Source of the DNA: Candidatus Eiseniibacteriota bacterium
GTDB lineage: Bacteria > Eisenbacteria > RBG-16-71-46
Assembly: GCA_041483195.1 (NCBI GenBank)
Contig: JBGPFC010000009.1
Span: 32,001 to 96,000 of the forward strand
Reading direction: 5' to 3'
DNA: 64,000 nucleotides
Shown here: positions 8,632-19,519 of the stretch, piece by piece
How positions within the stretch are numbered: position 1 is the first letter of the stretch
Layout of the letters: every line of letters starts with the position of its first letter
The notes under the pieces: generated by a model
What the model was told of the DNA's origin: nothing
The model's input: only the letters and a program-made list of their open reading frames with translations
Database searches by the model: none
Translations under genes and position numbers: made by a program

Positions 8632-11600
8632 TCAGAACTCGGGGCCGATGCTGAAGTGCCAGCGCGGCCGGCTCGTGCCGTGCAAGTCCGTGTTCCACGC
8701 CGTGTCGAGCTTGAGGATGAAGAAATACACGGCGCTCCGCACCCCGACTCCGAATCCCAGCTTCGGGGTCTGGAGACGGCGCGTGCCCTCGACGACGTGC
8801 GAGAGCCGGAGATCATCGCCGGGATTCCAGACCGCGCCGGCGTCACCGAAGACCGCCCCACGCAGGTTGAAGATGCCGATCGGCACCGGACCCACCAGTC
8901 CCAGCTGCTGGATGAAGGGAAAGCGCAGTTCCGCGTTCACGATCGCGACGCGTGATCCACGCAGGTCGAAATCGCGGTATCCGCGCAGCGTCGTGGCGCC
9001 GCCCACCCGGAAGGTCTGCGGGGTGGTCCCGCCACTCGCCCCGGTCAGCACCCGACCGGCAAACGTGTAACCGCGCGTGAAATCCCAATAGCGGCGAGCG
9101 TCGAAGGTGATGGTCTGGTAGGCGAGGCCGTTCTCGAACACCGCGAACGATGGAGAGTAGCTGAGATTGTAGCGCTGGCCGTTCACCGGGCCGTAGTAGC
9201 CGAACAGCGCGTTGTCGCCGATCAGGGAAACCGAGGGCGATGTGACCGATCGATACTCGCTGCCGCTCCTGAAGAAATCTCCGAATGCGTCCTGATCGTA
9301 GAAGATGCGCTCGAGGAACATCTGGGTGAAGTTGAACTCGACCCGCCGGAAGCGGTCGAAGGGGTACGACGCCGAGAGCAGGGCGCCGTAGTTCTGTTCC
9401 GAGAAATCGCGAAGCGTGCCGAGCTGCTCCCCGAGTGTCGTGATGTCCGAGGAATAGTAGTTCTTGAAGTGGAACAAACCGGCGCCCAGATCCCAGCGGC
9501 GCGGCAGGTAGTTGTAGACCACCAGCGCGTTCAAGTCCTGGAGGGAGTTGCTGAACACGTCGGTGGAGATGAACAGGTTGTGGTTTCCGAGGAAGTCGCT
9601 GAGCACGAACTGCGAATTGCCGCCGAATCCGTATCCGCTGGCCGCGTAGAACCCCGCCCCGGCGTAGTCGGGCGAAAGCCGCCCGCGGTAGGGCGCGGGC
9701 GGTTGCCCCAGCACCGAATCGGGAACCGCGAATGGTCCCCCGCGCTCCACCAGCGGAATGGTGGCCACGATCGCCTGGACGCTGTCGGGTTGCGGACGAA
9801 GCTCGCGGATCTCGCCGCCCGCCCATGACGGCGGCTCCCCGGGTCGCGGCAACCCGGCGCGCAGGCTGTCGATCGCACCGCTGGCCTGCGCACGCGCGCC
9901 CGGGTCCTCGGTCATGGTCCGCACCGTGTCTTTCGCCATGCTCATGGTGTCCGGCCAGCTCGCCGCCAGCGCTCCACGGTTCGGCCCGAGTCGCAGGCTG
10001 TCGCCGACGGTGAGCCGCGCGGTCGCGGCGTCCATCACGGCCGTCGGCGCCTGACGCTGAAGCCGCGACAACACGCCGTCGACCGAGAGCGGCTCGCGGA
10101 CCGCGAACACGTCGAACCCGCCGCGGTCGAATGCCGAGAACACCAGCCGGTCGTTCTGGCGTGACCACGACAGGCTGGTGATACCCCCGGTGACGTCGGT
10201 GAGCTGCGTGAACGTCGAGTCGCGGCGATCGTAGAGGTAGATGTTGGGAGTCCCGTCACGGTCGGAGACCAGCGCCAGCTTGGTCCCGTCGGGCGCCCAC
10301 ACCGGCGATCGATCGTCGCCCCCGGTGTCGACCACCTTGGTGACCGCGCCGCTCACCAGGTCGAGATTGAAGATGCCGTACCCGCCGAATTGGCCGGTGC
10401 GCCGCACCGGCCTCAGCACCACCGGGGCGAGCCGATCCGAAGCGAACGTGATGCCCCTGCCGTCGGGGGTCCAGGTGGGCTCGATCTCGTCCCACGTGTC
10501 GTCGGTGAGCCGGGTCCGCGTGCCGTTCCGCGCGTCCACCATCCACAGATCGGACCGCCCGTTCATCACGCCGGCCACGACGATCGAGTCCGCGACCGGG
10601 GACCAGGCCGGATACGCGAGCGCGTCGCAACCCAGGTCGAAGCGCCGGAGGATGCGGCCGGTTTCGACCGACACGATGTACAGCACGTCGCGGCCCGCGC
10701 TCTTGGCGGTGAGCGCGAGGCGCTGCCCGTCGGGCGACCAGGTGATGGAGCTGCGGAACGACGGGATGCCTTCGAACTGCACGCTGCGTTCACCGCGAAT
10801 CACGCGGCGCTGCACTTTCCCGTCGTACGCCGACATGATGTACACATCGGTGTACTGGCGGCGGTCGGAGAAATAGGCGATGCGATCGCCCTGGGGCGAG
10901 ACCGAGGGAGTCGTGTTCAGGTTGCTCTCGTCACGGCGATGGTCGGTGAGACGCCTGGCGAATTCCTCGGGGTCGTTCTTGCGCGCGACGGTCGGCCAGT
11001 ACTGCTTGCGCAAGGCGGCCCGAAACTGTTGATCGAACTTGCCAGGCGACATCCCGATGGCCTTCTGGAACGCGCGGTCGAAGCTGCGCATCGAGCGGAT
11101 GCGCTGGAGCACGTCGCGCAGCCGATCCTCGCCGAAGCGCCGGACCAGGTAGTCGATCGCCGACTGCCCCTGTTTGTAGACCAGGTAACCGCCGCCGTAT
11201 TCGAGCGGCGGGAGGTACCCCGAGATGGTTCCGTCGCGCAACACCATCTCGGCGTTGGGCTCCATGCCGAGCGAGTAGTACTCGGCCGTGCCCTCGGCGA
11301 ACCACAACGGAAGCGAGAAGAAGCTCTGATGCGCGATCAGCGAGGCCGCCGACCCGCCGTACAGCAGGTCGAATGTGATCGCATGCACCAGCTCGTGCAC
11401 GACCACGTGACGCAGGTCCTCGTATGAGCCGGAGAACGGAAGCACGACGCGGTTGCGCAGCGCCTCGGTGAATCCGCCGGTGCTCGCGTCGATCAGCTCG
11501 GGCGTGACGTTGGTCTGGGCGAAGTCGTTGTGGGAGCCATAGAGGATGATGGGAACCCGCCGCCCGAGCGTATGCCCCATCCGCCTCGACAGCACCTCAT

Positions 11601-11814
11601 GCGTCTTCTCCGCGAGGTCGAGGACGCGCATCGCGAGGCTGTCGAGCCCCGTGTAGAAGTACACCTCGAAGTGGTCAGAGGTGATCGAGCGCCAGTCGTA
11701 CTGCCGGTATTGGACCTTGTTCTGCCCGAAGTACTGGGCCTGCGAGGCCCGGGGCGCGAGGCTCCCGATCAGCATCACGAGCGCGATCACGGGGATCGCG
11801 ACCGACTTCCGCAT
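8632..11814 (-). CDS. Secreted gluzincin-type peptidase + TolB-like beta-propeller + Omp85 barrel fusion
   Basis: Signal peptide; HELVH...WFAEGTAEY; several PD40-like repeats (WSPDG, WTPDG, WAPDG); Omp85 LRGY motif; C-terminal Phe. Confidence 0.8.
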   Translation of the reverse strand: MRKSVAIPVIALVMLIGSLAPRASQAQYFGQNKVQYRQYDWRSITSDHFEVYFYTGLDSLAMRVLDLAEKTHEVLSRRMGHTLGRRVPIILYGSHNDFAQTNVTPELIDASTGGFTEALRNRVVLPFSGSYEDLRHVVVHELVHAITFDLLYGGSAASLIAHQSFFSLPLWFAEGTAEYYSLGMEPNAEMVLRDGTISGYLPPLEYGGGYLVYKQGQSAIDYLVRRFGEDRLRDVLQRIRSMRSFDRAFQKAIGMSPGKFDQQFRAALRKQYWPTVARKNDPEEFARRLTDHRRDESNLNTTPSVSPQGDRIAYFSDRRQYTDVYIMSAYDGKVQRRVIRGERSVQFEGIPSFRSSITWSPDGQRLALTAKSAGRDVLYIVSVETGRILRRFDLGCDALAYPAWSPVADSIVVAGVMNGRSDLWMVDARNGTRTRLTDDTWDEIEPTWTPDGRGITFASDRLAPVVLRPVRRTGQFGGYGIFNLDLVSGAVTKVVDTGGDDRSPVWAPDGTKLALVSDRDGTPNIYLYDRRDSTFTQLTDVTGGITSLSWSRQNDRLVFSAFDRGGFDVFAVREPLSVDGVLSRLQRQAPTAVMDAATARLTVGDSLRLGPNRGALAASWPDTMSMAKDTVRTMTEDPGARAQASGAIDSLRAGLPRPGEPPSWAGGEIRELRPQPDSVQAIVATIPLVERGGPFAVPDSVLGQPPAPYRGRLSPDYAGAGFYAASGYGFGGNSQFVLSDFLGNHNLFISTDVFSNSLQDLNALVVYNYLPRRWDLGAGLFHFKNYYSSDITTLGEQLGTLRDFSEQNYGALLSASYPFDRFRRVEFNFTQMFLERIFYDQDAFGDFFRSGSEYRSVTSPSVSLIGDNALFGYYGPVNGQRYNLSYSPSFAVFENGLAYQTITFDARRYWDFTRGYTFAGRVLTGASGGTTPQTFRVGGATTLRGYRDFDLRGSRVAIVNAELRFPFIQQLGLVGPVPIGIFNLRGAVFGDAGAVWNPGDDLRLSHVVEGTRRLQTPKLGFGVGVRSAVYFFILKLDTAWNTDLHGTSRPRWHFSIGPEF

Positions 11815-11930
11815 GCGACGTTCCTTTCCGGTCCGGTCGTTGAGCTGGCGGCGGCCCTCGCCACCCCCAGTGTACACCGCTTCAGACGCGAATGATCCCG
11901 CGCGGTTGCGAATGACGTCGCGCTCGCCCG

Positions 11931-14900
11931 TCAGTACTCCCACCGCGCCTTGAGATTGACGTTGAAATCCGGCGTTCCGGCGGTGGTGGTCGTCTCGCCG
12001 CTCAGGAGCCGGCGCTGCGTGAGCTCGGTGGTGACGAAGAAGAAGCGGTTCAGCCGGTATTCAGCCTCGACGTCGCGCTCGAATGGCGTGGTGGGCGTCC
12101 CGCTCGCGGAGTATTCGCGATTGAAACCGGGAACGCGCTGCCGGTAACGCACCTGGAGATTGCGCGTCACCGGGATGCCGACGCCCATGATGACCTCCCC
12201 CTCGCCGCTCAGGAGCCCGCCGCGCTCGCGCTCCAGCACCCATTCGTTGATGTAGCCCTTGAACGCCCGCTGCAGCTCCGCGGAAACCGTGTTGTTGATG
12301 GCCCGGGTCAGGTAGTTGTCCAGCGGATCCTTGAGCCCCGCGACCGGCGCCTGGGGGTCGATGTTGAAGCGCCCGAGGGTGAGCTCACGCAGGATGCGTG
12401 GCTCGTCCCAGGTGTTGGGATCGCTGGCGAACTCCACCGCCGGCTCGTTGACCCGGCCGGTGATCTTGACCGTCACGTCATGCGGCACGTCCGCCGCTCC
12501 ACCGTTCTCGGTGCCGCCGGCGGTCGCGGGCACCACGCGCGTGACGGCCTGCGCGTCGATGGTGGGATTCACCCCGCTCACGTTATCGAACGTGAGGCTG
12601 GCGCTCTGCACGTTGAAGCGATTGCTCAGGAAGTAATAGGTGCCGCGCAACGACTGCATGTCGCCGTAGATCAGGAGCGAATCGGGAGTCTGCTCGAGGC
12701 TGAGATCCGCGCTGAACTCGATGTCGCCCTCGGGCGGCTGCCAGTGCAGGTTGCTGGTCGCGTTGAGCTGGATTCGATAGGTCCAGAACAGCGGCTGGGT
12801 GGTGGCCGCGATCTGCTGGGTCTCGGTCTGGTTCGTGAAGTCGAAGAGCACCACGGCGCGCTGCAGCTCCACGTCGCCCGTGACCTGGGGAAGGGTCGCG
12901 CCGTGGACGCGGGGACCGTTCGTCACCGTGAATTCCCCGTCGAATTCAGCGGCGTAGAGCCCCGACTCCACGGCCGTGAAATCGCGCAGCGTGAGATCGA
13001 ACCGATAGCCCTTGAGCGCCATCCCGTCGAGCTCGACGACCCCATGTCCGCCGACGTGGCCGTGCGCGCCCTGCCGGGCGGAGAGCGAGTCGAGCGTGAG
13101 GTGCGATTCGTCGAGTCGGAAGTCCGCGTAGACGCTCTCCAGCACCTCCTCACGGGTGGCGAGCCGGACGACGCCGTTTCGCACGCGCAGAAAGCCGTCG
13201 AGATCCGGATGATGGGCCGTGCCGCCAACCTTCGCGCTGAGATCGAAACGGCCCGAGGCCGCGCCGATCTGCGGCACGAACAGCGGCAGCACCGCGAGGT
13301 CGCCGCCCGGGATGTCGACGCGCCAGGCCATCTCGGCATCGGGCAGCTCGGGTTTCCCCCCCAGCGCGATGCGCAACGGCAGCTCGCCCGATGCGGTCGA
13401 GACCAGATTGCCGCGCGTCATGCGAATCTCTTCCACCTCGAGGCGCTCGTCCCGGAATGTCGCGCGCGCCGTGACGCGATCGGCGGAGTAGTCCCGCCAC
13501 GCGAGGGGGCGGCCCTCCGCGTTGACTCGAAGCTCCGGATGTTGCGGACTGCCTGCGATCTCGAGCGTCGCGTCGAGCTTCCCGCTCACCCCGGCCGCGG
13601 CCGGCGCGAACGCCCCTACGCGCTCGAGCGGAAATGCGCTCGCGCGCACTTCGCCCTGCCAGCGTGCCGCGCGCGAGAGCCAGTCGATCACGCCCGGCGC
13701 GGTGAGCGTGTCGGGCCAGAGCGCCGTCGAATCGTCCACGCGGCCACTCGCCTCGAGCGCGCCCGGACCGACCCGGAGCCGCAACGCGCGCACCTCCAGT
13801 CCCCGCGGCGCCCCCGCGAGGATCAGGCTCAGTGAGTCGGCGCGGTGGCCTCCCGACCCCGGGCCGGCGGCCGTCGCCTCGAAATCCCAATGGGGATCGC
13901 CGGAGTTTCCGATCACACGCATGTCGACGTGCGCGCGCCCTTCGAGCCCCAGATCCGCGGGCAGGCCCAGCCGCGCGAGATCGAGACTGTCCGCCGACGC
14001 CTTCCAGTCGTACGCCCCGCCCGGACCGGCCCAGCGTCCCGCGATCGCCAGCCGCGCCGCGCCGTCACGCGCGAACAGCCGATCGAACGTGACGCCGTGC
14101 GCGTCTCCCGAGAGCAGGAGCGGCGGCTCGGTCACCCAGTCGAATCGTGCGCTCTTCGCGTCGGCGCGATCGAGGGTCATGCTCCATCCCGAGGCGGCCC
14201 ATGCCGCGCGCCCGGCGACCGTGATCAACGTGTCGCCGGCGTGCCCCTCCAGCCGCGCGATGTCCGCCACCTGATCGCCGAGTCGAAGTTCCGCGGCCGC
14301 GCTGTCGAAATGGACCCCCAGGAACATGACGTCGCCCAGCACCGCCCGGGCGCCGAGATCGGGCGTCGGCAGCAGGCGGCCGCTCACGTCCGCGAGCTTC
14401 CATCGCCCCATGCGTGCGCCCAGCCAGTCCGTCCCGCTGCCCTCGAGCGAGCCGGTCACGTGCAGCTCGCCACCGCGTGATTCAACGGCGCCCTCGCCGC
14501 GGGCGAGCCTTCCGCGCAGTCCGCTGGCGCGGCCATCCGGCCATTCCTCGAGCGGGAGGTCGAGCAACGTGTATCGACCGCCCCAGCCGTGCGAACGCGA
14601 GACCCCATCCAGCGTCATCGCCCCACCGGCGCGACGCATCGCCACGCGAAACGTGTCCGGTCTGCCCTCCGGAAACTCCGCCACCACCCGCGCGCTGTCG
14701 GCGCGCCAGCCGCCGAGCACCGAGCTGCCGAGCCGCGCCTCGAGGCGCGCGTCCTTTCGCGCATCCACTCCGTACCGGAACCACCCCGCCAGCGATCCGG
14801 CCGGCCAGCCGGGAATCCCGATCGCGCCCCACCTCGCCGGGTCGGCGGCGCGCGCGTCGCCGCTCAGCTCCCATTTCTCGGATGAGTAATCGAATCGGCC

Positions 14901-16001
14901 CGTGAACGCGCCCGCCGCGGATTCGCAGATCAGCGGTTCCAGCGTCCACTTCCTGCCGTTCGTGACGAATGCGCCGTGAGCCGTAGCGGGAAGGCCGTTC
15001 CATTCGAGGTCCGTCACGAAGTCACCCTTCCACGCGTCGCGGCCGGCCGCGTCGGCGACGAAGCGGCCCTCCCCCGGCACGTCGAACGCGTGGTTCTGGA
15101 AGACCGTCGCGAGCCAGCGCCACCGCACCCGCGAGACATCGAGATGCACCACACGATGGGGGTCGCCCTTGATCCACGCGGCCCGCGCGTCGAGCGCGAG
15201 ATCGGTCGTGCGCAGGCCGCGGACCGCGAGCCGCACGCTGTCGCCCTCCGCGTACTCCGCCTCGAGGTGCTCGAGGCGGCTCCCCCATGGGCCCCGCCGC
15301 CAGCTCAGGCCGTGAACCACGGCCCGCAACGCTCCCCCGGTGGCGAGGGAAGCCTGGAGCTCGATCCCATCGATGCCATCGAGCGGCTTCGGCGCGCGAA
15401 ACGAGCCGTCATGGAGCACGAGGTGAACGTCGAAGCCGCGCGCGCGCTTCCCGGGCGCGGTCTCCCCCGCGGTCCAGCGCGGAAGCCGGAGCTTGCCGTC
15501 CGCGCCCATGGCGAACTGAACGACCGGGCGGTCGATCTCGATCTCGATGGGCCCGCGGCCCCGGATCAACCCGATCGCGGAGTAGCCGATTCGCATCGAG
15601 GGTGCCGTCAGCAGCGGCGGAGCATTGCCGCCGCGGAACCTCAGGCGAGGCTCGAGGATCCGGATTCCGGTCAGCGGATTGCCCTTGATGTCGTGAATCT
15701 CGAGCACGAGATCGGAGTGCCGCGCGAGCGTCTGGTTGACGAAGAGCGTGAGCTCCTTCGCCACCCACTCGGTGCGATTGACCAGGTAGAGCGCCGCGCT
15801 CGCGACCGCGATCACGACCAGCGCGGCCAACGACAGCACGATCAGCCAGAAGAGTTTCGCGACGGTCCATCGCACCGGGCGCGGGACGTGCTCGACCGCT
15901 TCCTCGATCTCCTCCTTGAGCTCTTCGACCAGACCATGATGAGGGACCCCGGGATCGGGACCGCCCGGCGGCGGAGCATCGGGATCGTGGAGGTCGGTCA
16001 T
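11931..16001 (-). CDS. tamB: Translocation/assembly module TamB-like protein
   Basis: N-terminal TM anchor, ~1350 aa of beta-taco-like sequence, DUF490-like C-terminus (GTYYFLSNRF, NPTIDAQA); downstream of an Omp85 gene. Confidence 0.8.
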   Translation of the reverse strand: MTDLHDPDAPPPGGPDPGVPHHGLVEELKEEIEEAVEHVPRPVRWTVAKLFWLIVLSLAALVVIAVASAALYLVNRTEWVAKELTLFVNQTLARHSDLVLEIHDIKGNPLTGIRILEPRLRFRGGNAPPLLTAPSMRIGYSAIGLIRGRGPIEIEIDRPVVQFAMGADGKLRLPRWTAGETAPGKRARGFDVHLVLHDGSFRAPKPLDGIDGIELQASLATGGALRAVVHGLSWRRGPWGSRLEHLEAEYAEGDSVRLAVRGLRTTDLALDARAAWIKGDPHRVVHLDVSRVRWRWLATVFQNHAFDVPGEGRFVADAAGRDAWKGDFVTDLEWNGLPATAHGAFVTNGRKWTLEPLICESAAGAFTGRFDYSSEKWELSGDARAADPARWGAIGIPGWPAGSLAGWFRYGVDARKDARLEARLGSSVLGGWRADSARVVAEFPEGRPDTFRVAMRRAGGAMTLDGVSRSHGWGGRYTLLDLPLEEWPDGRASGLRGRLARGEGAVESRGGELHVTGSLEGSGTDWLGARMGRWKLADVSGRLLPTPDLGARAVLGDVMFLGVHFDSAAAELRLGDQVADIARLEGHAGDTLITVAGRAAWAASGWSMTLDRADAKSARFDWVTEPPLLLSGDAHGVTFDRLFARDGAARLAIAGRWAGPGGAYDWKASADSLDLARLGLPADLGLEGRAHVDMRVIGNSGDPHWDFEATAAGPGSGGHRADSLSLILAGAPRGLEVRALRLRVGPGALEASGRVDDSTALWPDTLTAPGVIDWLSRAARWQGEVRASAFPLERVGAFAPAAAGVSGKLDATLEIAGSPQHPELRVNAEGRPLAWRDYSADRVTARATFRDERLEVEEIRMTRGNLVSTASGELPLRIALGGKPELPDAEMAWRVDIPGGDLAVLPLFVPQIGAASGRFDLSAKVGGTAHHPDLDGFLRVRNGVVRLATREEVLESVYADFRLDESHLTLDSLSARQGAHGHVGGHGVVELDGMALKGYRFDLTLRDFTAVESGLYAAEFDGEFTVTNGPRVHGATLPQVTGDVELQRAVVLFDFTNQTETQQIAATTQPLFWTYRIQLNATSNLHWQPPEGDIEFSADLSLEQTPDSLLIYGDMQSLRGTYYFLSNRFNVQSASLTFDNVSGVNPTIDAQAVTRVVPATAGGTENGGAADVPHDVTVKITGRVNEPAVEFASDPNTWDEPRILRELTLGRFNIDPQAPVAGLKDPLDNYLTRAINNTVSAELQRAFKGYINEWVLERERGGLLSGEGEVIMGVGIPVTRNLQVRYRQRVPGFNREYSASGTPTTPFERDVEAEYRLNRFFFVTTELTQRRLLSGETTTTAGTPDFNVNLKARWEY

Positions 16002-16004
16002 GGC

Positions 16005-17933
16005 TCAGAACGCCGGGCCGATCGCGAATTGACGCACGCCCTTGAGGCGCGCGTGTTCGAGCGTCGGGCGAAGGCTCCATGTGAAATCGATTCGCAGCGG
16101 GCCGATCGGCAGGTTCACGCGCGGGCCGAACCCCACGACGAAGCGCACGTCGCTCGGGTCGAGAGGCCGATGAGTCGCGCGCGGTTCGAACTGGCGCAGC
16201 TCGATCAGCGAGGGTCGCGCCCACACGTTGCCGGCGTCCGCGAACACCTCGAGGCCAAACGGACCGGCGAGCGGCACCCGGAATTCGAGGCTGGCTTCGA
16301 GCAGCGCGAGCCCCCCCGACGCCGGAAGACTGTTCTCGTCATACCCACGAATGGAGTTGACGCCGCCCGAGCGGAAACGATCCGTGAGCGGGACGCGCTG
16401 GACCTGGGGATCGAGCTTCGGATCGGGCGAGAACTGCACGTTCTCCCCGAACGGGCTGATGGCGCCCGCACGAACGCGGCTCGCCAGGATCCAGCCGTTC
16501 GAGAGCGGCGTGTACCATGCGGACGTGAGCTGCGCCTTGGTGAAGCTGCTGGTGCCCTTCAGCGGACCGCCCGCCACCTCGGCGGTCAGGTTCTGCACCG
16601 ACCCGCGGCTCGCGTTGAGCGGATTGTCGCGCAGGTCCCGATCCAGTCCGAGCTGAAGGCGGTGGGTGGTGAAATGGGGCGGCACGTTCAGCGTGAGCGA
16701 ATCCCTCACGAGCGGCGTGAGATCGGGGTCCCGCCAATCGATCGACTGCAGGACGAACGCGTTGTCCTGGGTGAGCGAAACCCGGGCGAACCGCCCGAGC
16801 TCGCGCCGCAACTGGAAGCTGAACCCTTTCGTCTCCTCGCCGATCACCCATCGCGGATCGGTCCGGTCTCTCCCGCGCTCGTAGTAGCCGCTCGCCTCTC
16901 CGCGCGTCCGGGTGTGGAGCAGCCACGGCTCGAGCAACGACACCTGGCTTCGGGTGAGCAGGAACCGCGCGCGGTCGTCGAACGCGATCCGCGACGAGAG
17001 CACACCCTGCACGGCACGGTTGCCCACGTTGCGATGACCCCACTCACCCGTCGAGCGGAAGCGCTCGGCGGTTCCGCTGCCGATGCCGGCGTCGACCCAG
17101 CGCGGCTTGCGCTCGCGCACGCGCAGGTCGACATCCACGCGGGATCGCGTCGAGTCGACGAACGGGGTCATCTGCACCTGGCTGAAGAGGCCGGTCTCGT
17201 AAAGCCGCTCGATCGAGCGCTCCATGCGCGGGTAGCGGTACACGTCGCCCTTCCGGATCAGCAGCTCGCGCCGGATGTAGCCCTCGCGCACCCGGCCCTC
17301 GGCCTGCGGCAGCACCAGCACGTCTCCGAAATAGTAGAGCGGGCCCTCGGTGACGTCGTACCGGATGTCCACGCGGAGCGCGTCGCGATGGGTCGCAGCG
17401 GTCACATGGGGAATGTAGCCGCGCTCCTGATAGGCCCGGGAGATGCGCGTGGTGTCGACGATCACGAACGACGGATTGAACGGCCTGCCGGCGCGCGCCG
17501 TGAGACGCCTGCGCAGCTGCTCGATGGGGTAGGCGCGAACCCCGTCGAAGCTCACCGTGCCGACCCGCGTGCGCGATCCCTCCTCGATCTCGAAGGTCAC
17601 GATCGCCTCGCGCGGATTGGCGCCCGACGTCACGCGCGCGTGCGCGCGCGCATCCAGGAATCCGTACTGTCGGCACACGGTCTCGATCGCGAGCGTGTCG
17701 GCGCGAAGGAAGTCGAGGCGCAGCGCGGGGCGCTCACCCCACGGCCAGATCGAGGGACGGCGCGTCTTGACCACCGACCAGATGTCCCGGGCCGGAACGC
17801 GGTGACGTCCGTGGACGCGAACCCGGACGATCACCCGGAGTTCGCTCGGGAACTCCTGTTGCGCATGGGCGTCACGCGCGCCGGGGCCGAGCAGAACGAG
17901 CACGAGCGACAACGCGATCCCGACGCGGCCCAT
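16005..17933 (-). CDS. Omp85-family outer membrane protein (TamA/BamA-like, about 3 POTRA domains)
   Basis: Signal peptide, POTRA motifs (YRQYGFLDA-like, LYETGLF), GGVNSIRGY, C-terminal IGPAF. Confidence 0.85.
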   Translation of the reverse strand: MGRVGIALSLVLVLLGPGARDAHAQQEFPSELRVIVRVRVHGRHRVPARDIWSVVKTRRPSIWPWGERPALRLDFLRADTLAIETVCRQYGFLDARAHARVTSGANPREAIVTFEIEEGSRTRVGTVSFDGVRAYPIEQLRRRLTARAGRPFNPSFVIVDTTRISRAYQERGYIPHVTAATHRDALRVDIRYDVTEGPLYYFGDVLVLPQAEGRVREGYIRRELLIRKGDVYRYPRMERSIERLYETGLFSQVQMTPFVDSTRSRVDVDLRVRERKPRWVDAGIGSGTAERFRSTGEWGHRNVGNRAVQGVLSSRIAFDDRARFLLTRSQVSLLEPWLLHTRTRGEASGYYERGRDRTDPRWVIGEETKGFSFQLRRELGRFARVSLTQDNAFVLQSIDWRDPDLTPLVRDSLTLNVPPHFTTHRLQLGLDRDLRDNPLNASRGSVQNLTAEVAGGPLKGTSSFTKAQLTSAWYTPLSNGWILASRVRAGAISPFGENVQFSPDPKLDPQVQRVPLTDRFRSGGVNSIRGYDENSLPASGGLALLEASLEFRVPLAGPFGLEVFADAGNVWARPSLIELRQFEPRATHRPLDPSDVRFVVGFGPRVNLPIGPLRIDFTWSLRPTLEHARLKGVRQFAIGPAF

Positions 17934-17982
17934 GCGTGCCCGGGCTCCGGGCCAGCCGGCCGATCCCCCCGGAACCGGGGGA

Positions 17983-19368
17983 TCAGGGCGGTGATGGCGC
18001 AATCACTGTCTCCCTGGGAGCGGGCTGCGGGGCCCTGTCCAATGCGCGCTGCCTCTGGATCCAGCGCAGCGGATCGTTGGCCAGGATGAAGACGAACAGC
18101 GTCCCGATCACCACCAGCCCCACCTTCTGGAAGCGGAGATAACCACGGGCGGAGATCGCCCGACGGCGCAGCGCCTGGACCAGGGCCAGCAGGATGTGGC
18201 CCCCGTCCAGCACGGGGATGGGGAGCAGATTGAAGGCCATGATGGCGATATTGATCATCGCGAGAAATTGGAGATACGAGTCGAGTCCGCGCCGCGCCTG
18301 CTCGCTCGCGGCCTGCGCGATGAACATCGGGCCGCCCAGATATTCACGGTAGTAGAGGAACCTCGAGGCGGTGAGCCACATGCTTCCGTAGACCGAGACC
18401 ACCAGCGAACCCGTCGCGCGGAATCCGATCGCCACCGACTCGAGCAGCCCGTGTCGCTCGACGTACACGCCGTGACGCGGGGCCTCGATGCCGATCCGGG
18501 CGTTGGCGCCCGGCCCCCCGTCCGGATTGATCGGCTTCACATGGATCTCGAAGACGCGGCCACCGCGTTCGACGGTAAGCACCACGTCGCGATCGACCTG
18601 CCCGTGCAGCGCCTCGGGGAGCTGGTCCCAGGTGAGGATGGCGCGGCCATTCACCATCCGGATCCGGTCACCCTCCTTCAGCCCCGCCTTGTATGCCGGC
18701 ATCCCCGTCGCCACCGAGCCGACGATCGGCGGATCGGACGGGCGCCGCAGGCTCGACATCAGGGGCTCACGCTGGTCCGGCGTGAGCGAGAGGGCGAAGC
18801 GCTTTCCTTCCCGATCGATGGTCAGCGTCGCCGGGCGGCTCTCGGGCTGCTTCGAATTGGCCACGAAGATCTCGACCCAGCTCTTCACCTCGGTGCCGTT
18901 CACGGATACGACTCGATCGCCCTCCCGCAGGCCGGCGCGGTAGGCCGTGCTGCTGTCGGGGGTCGCGCCGAGGCGATTCGGAAAGTCCGGATAGCTCACG
19001 CCCACGATTCCCACCACGACCAGCGCGACGAATGCCGCGATCAGATTGGCGGCCGGGCCGGCGATCGCGATCAGCAGACGACCAAACCAGGGGTGGGAGA
19101 GAAATTCCTCTGGCGAGCCGGGCATCGTGCCGTCTTCCCCGGGACTGTCCCCCGCCATCTGCACGAACCCGCCGAGGGGAAACCACGCGACGCGGTATTC
19201 GGTCTCGCCGCGCCGAAACGCCACCATCGCGGGGCCGAATCCGAGCGAGAAGCGGAGCACGCGAACGCCCCGCCACTTGGCCATCAGAAAATGGCCGAGC
19301 TCATGCACGAAAATGACCAGGCCGAGCAGCACGACGCCCGGCACCACGGCGTTCCAAATCACTGTCAA
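17983..19368 (-). CDS. rseP: RIP metalloprotease RseP with two PDZ domains
   Basis: HELGH, PLGGFV, AGPAAN, NLLPIPVLDGGH; TTG start with AAGGAG. Confidence 0.95.
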   Translation of the reverse strand: MTVIWNAVVPGVVLLGLVIFVHELGHFLMAKWRGVRVLRFSLGFGPAMVAFRRGETEYRVAWFPLGGFVQMAGDSPGEDGTMPGSPEEFLSHPWFGRLLIAIAGPAANLIAAFVALVVVGIVGVSYPDFPNRLGATPDSSTAYRAGLREGDRVVSVNGTEVKSWVEIFVANSKQPESRPATLTIDREGKRFALSLTPDQREPLMSSLRRPSDPPIVGSVATGMPAYKAGLKEGDRIRMVNGRAILTWDQLPEALHGQVDRDVVLTVERGGRVFEIHVKPINPDGGPGANARIGIEAPRHGVYVERHGLLESVAIGFRATGSLVVSVYGSMWLTASRFLYYREYLGGPMFIAQAASEQARRGLDSYLQFLAMINIAIMAFNLLPIPVLDGGHILLALVQALRRRAISARGYLRFQKVGLVVIGTLFVFILANDPLRWIQRQRALDRAPQPAPRETVIAPSPP

Positions 19369-19394
19369 CTCCTTAGAAAATCAGCCCGTTGCGC

Positions 19395-19423
19395 AGGCTA
19401 ACCCCGCCTCACGGGAGCGTCAA
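19395..19423 (-). promoter_or_regulatory. Putative sigma70 promoter of rseP-tamAB
   Basis: TTGACG-N17-TAGCCT. Confidence 0.6.
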
Positions 19424-19519
19424 GGATGCGGCCGTGGGAGCCGCCCCGCGACCCGGGCCGGGACGCGAAACACTTGCAAGAGACGGACCGCGCGGAGCGC
19501 CCGCCGCGATCGCCCGGAC

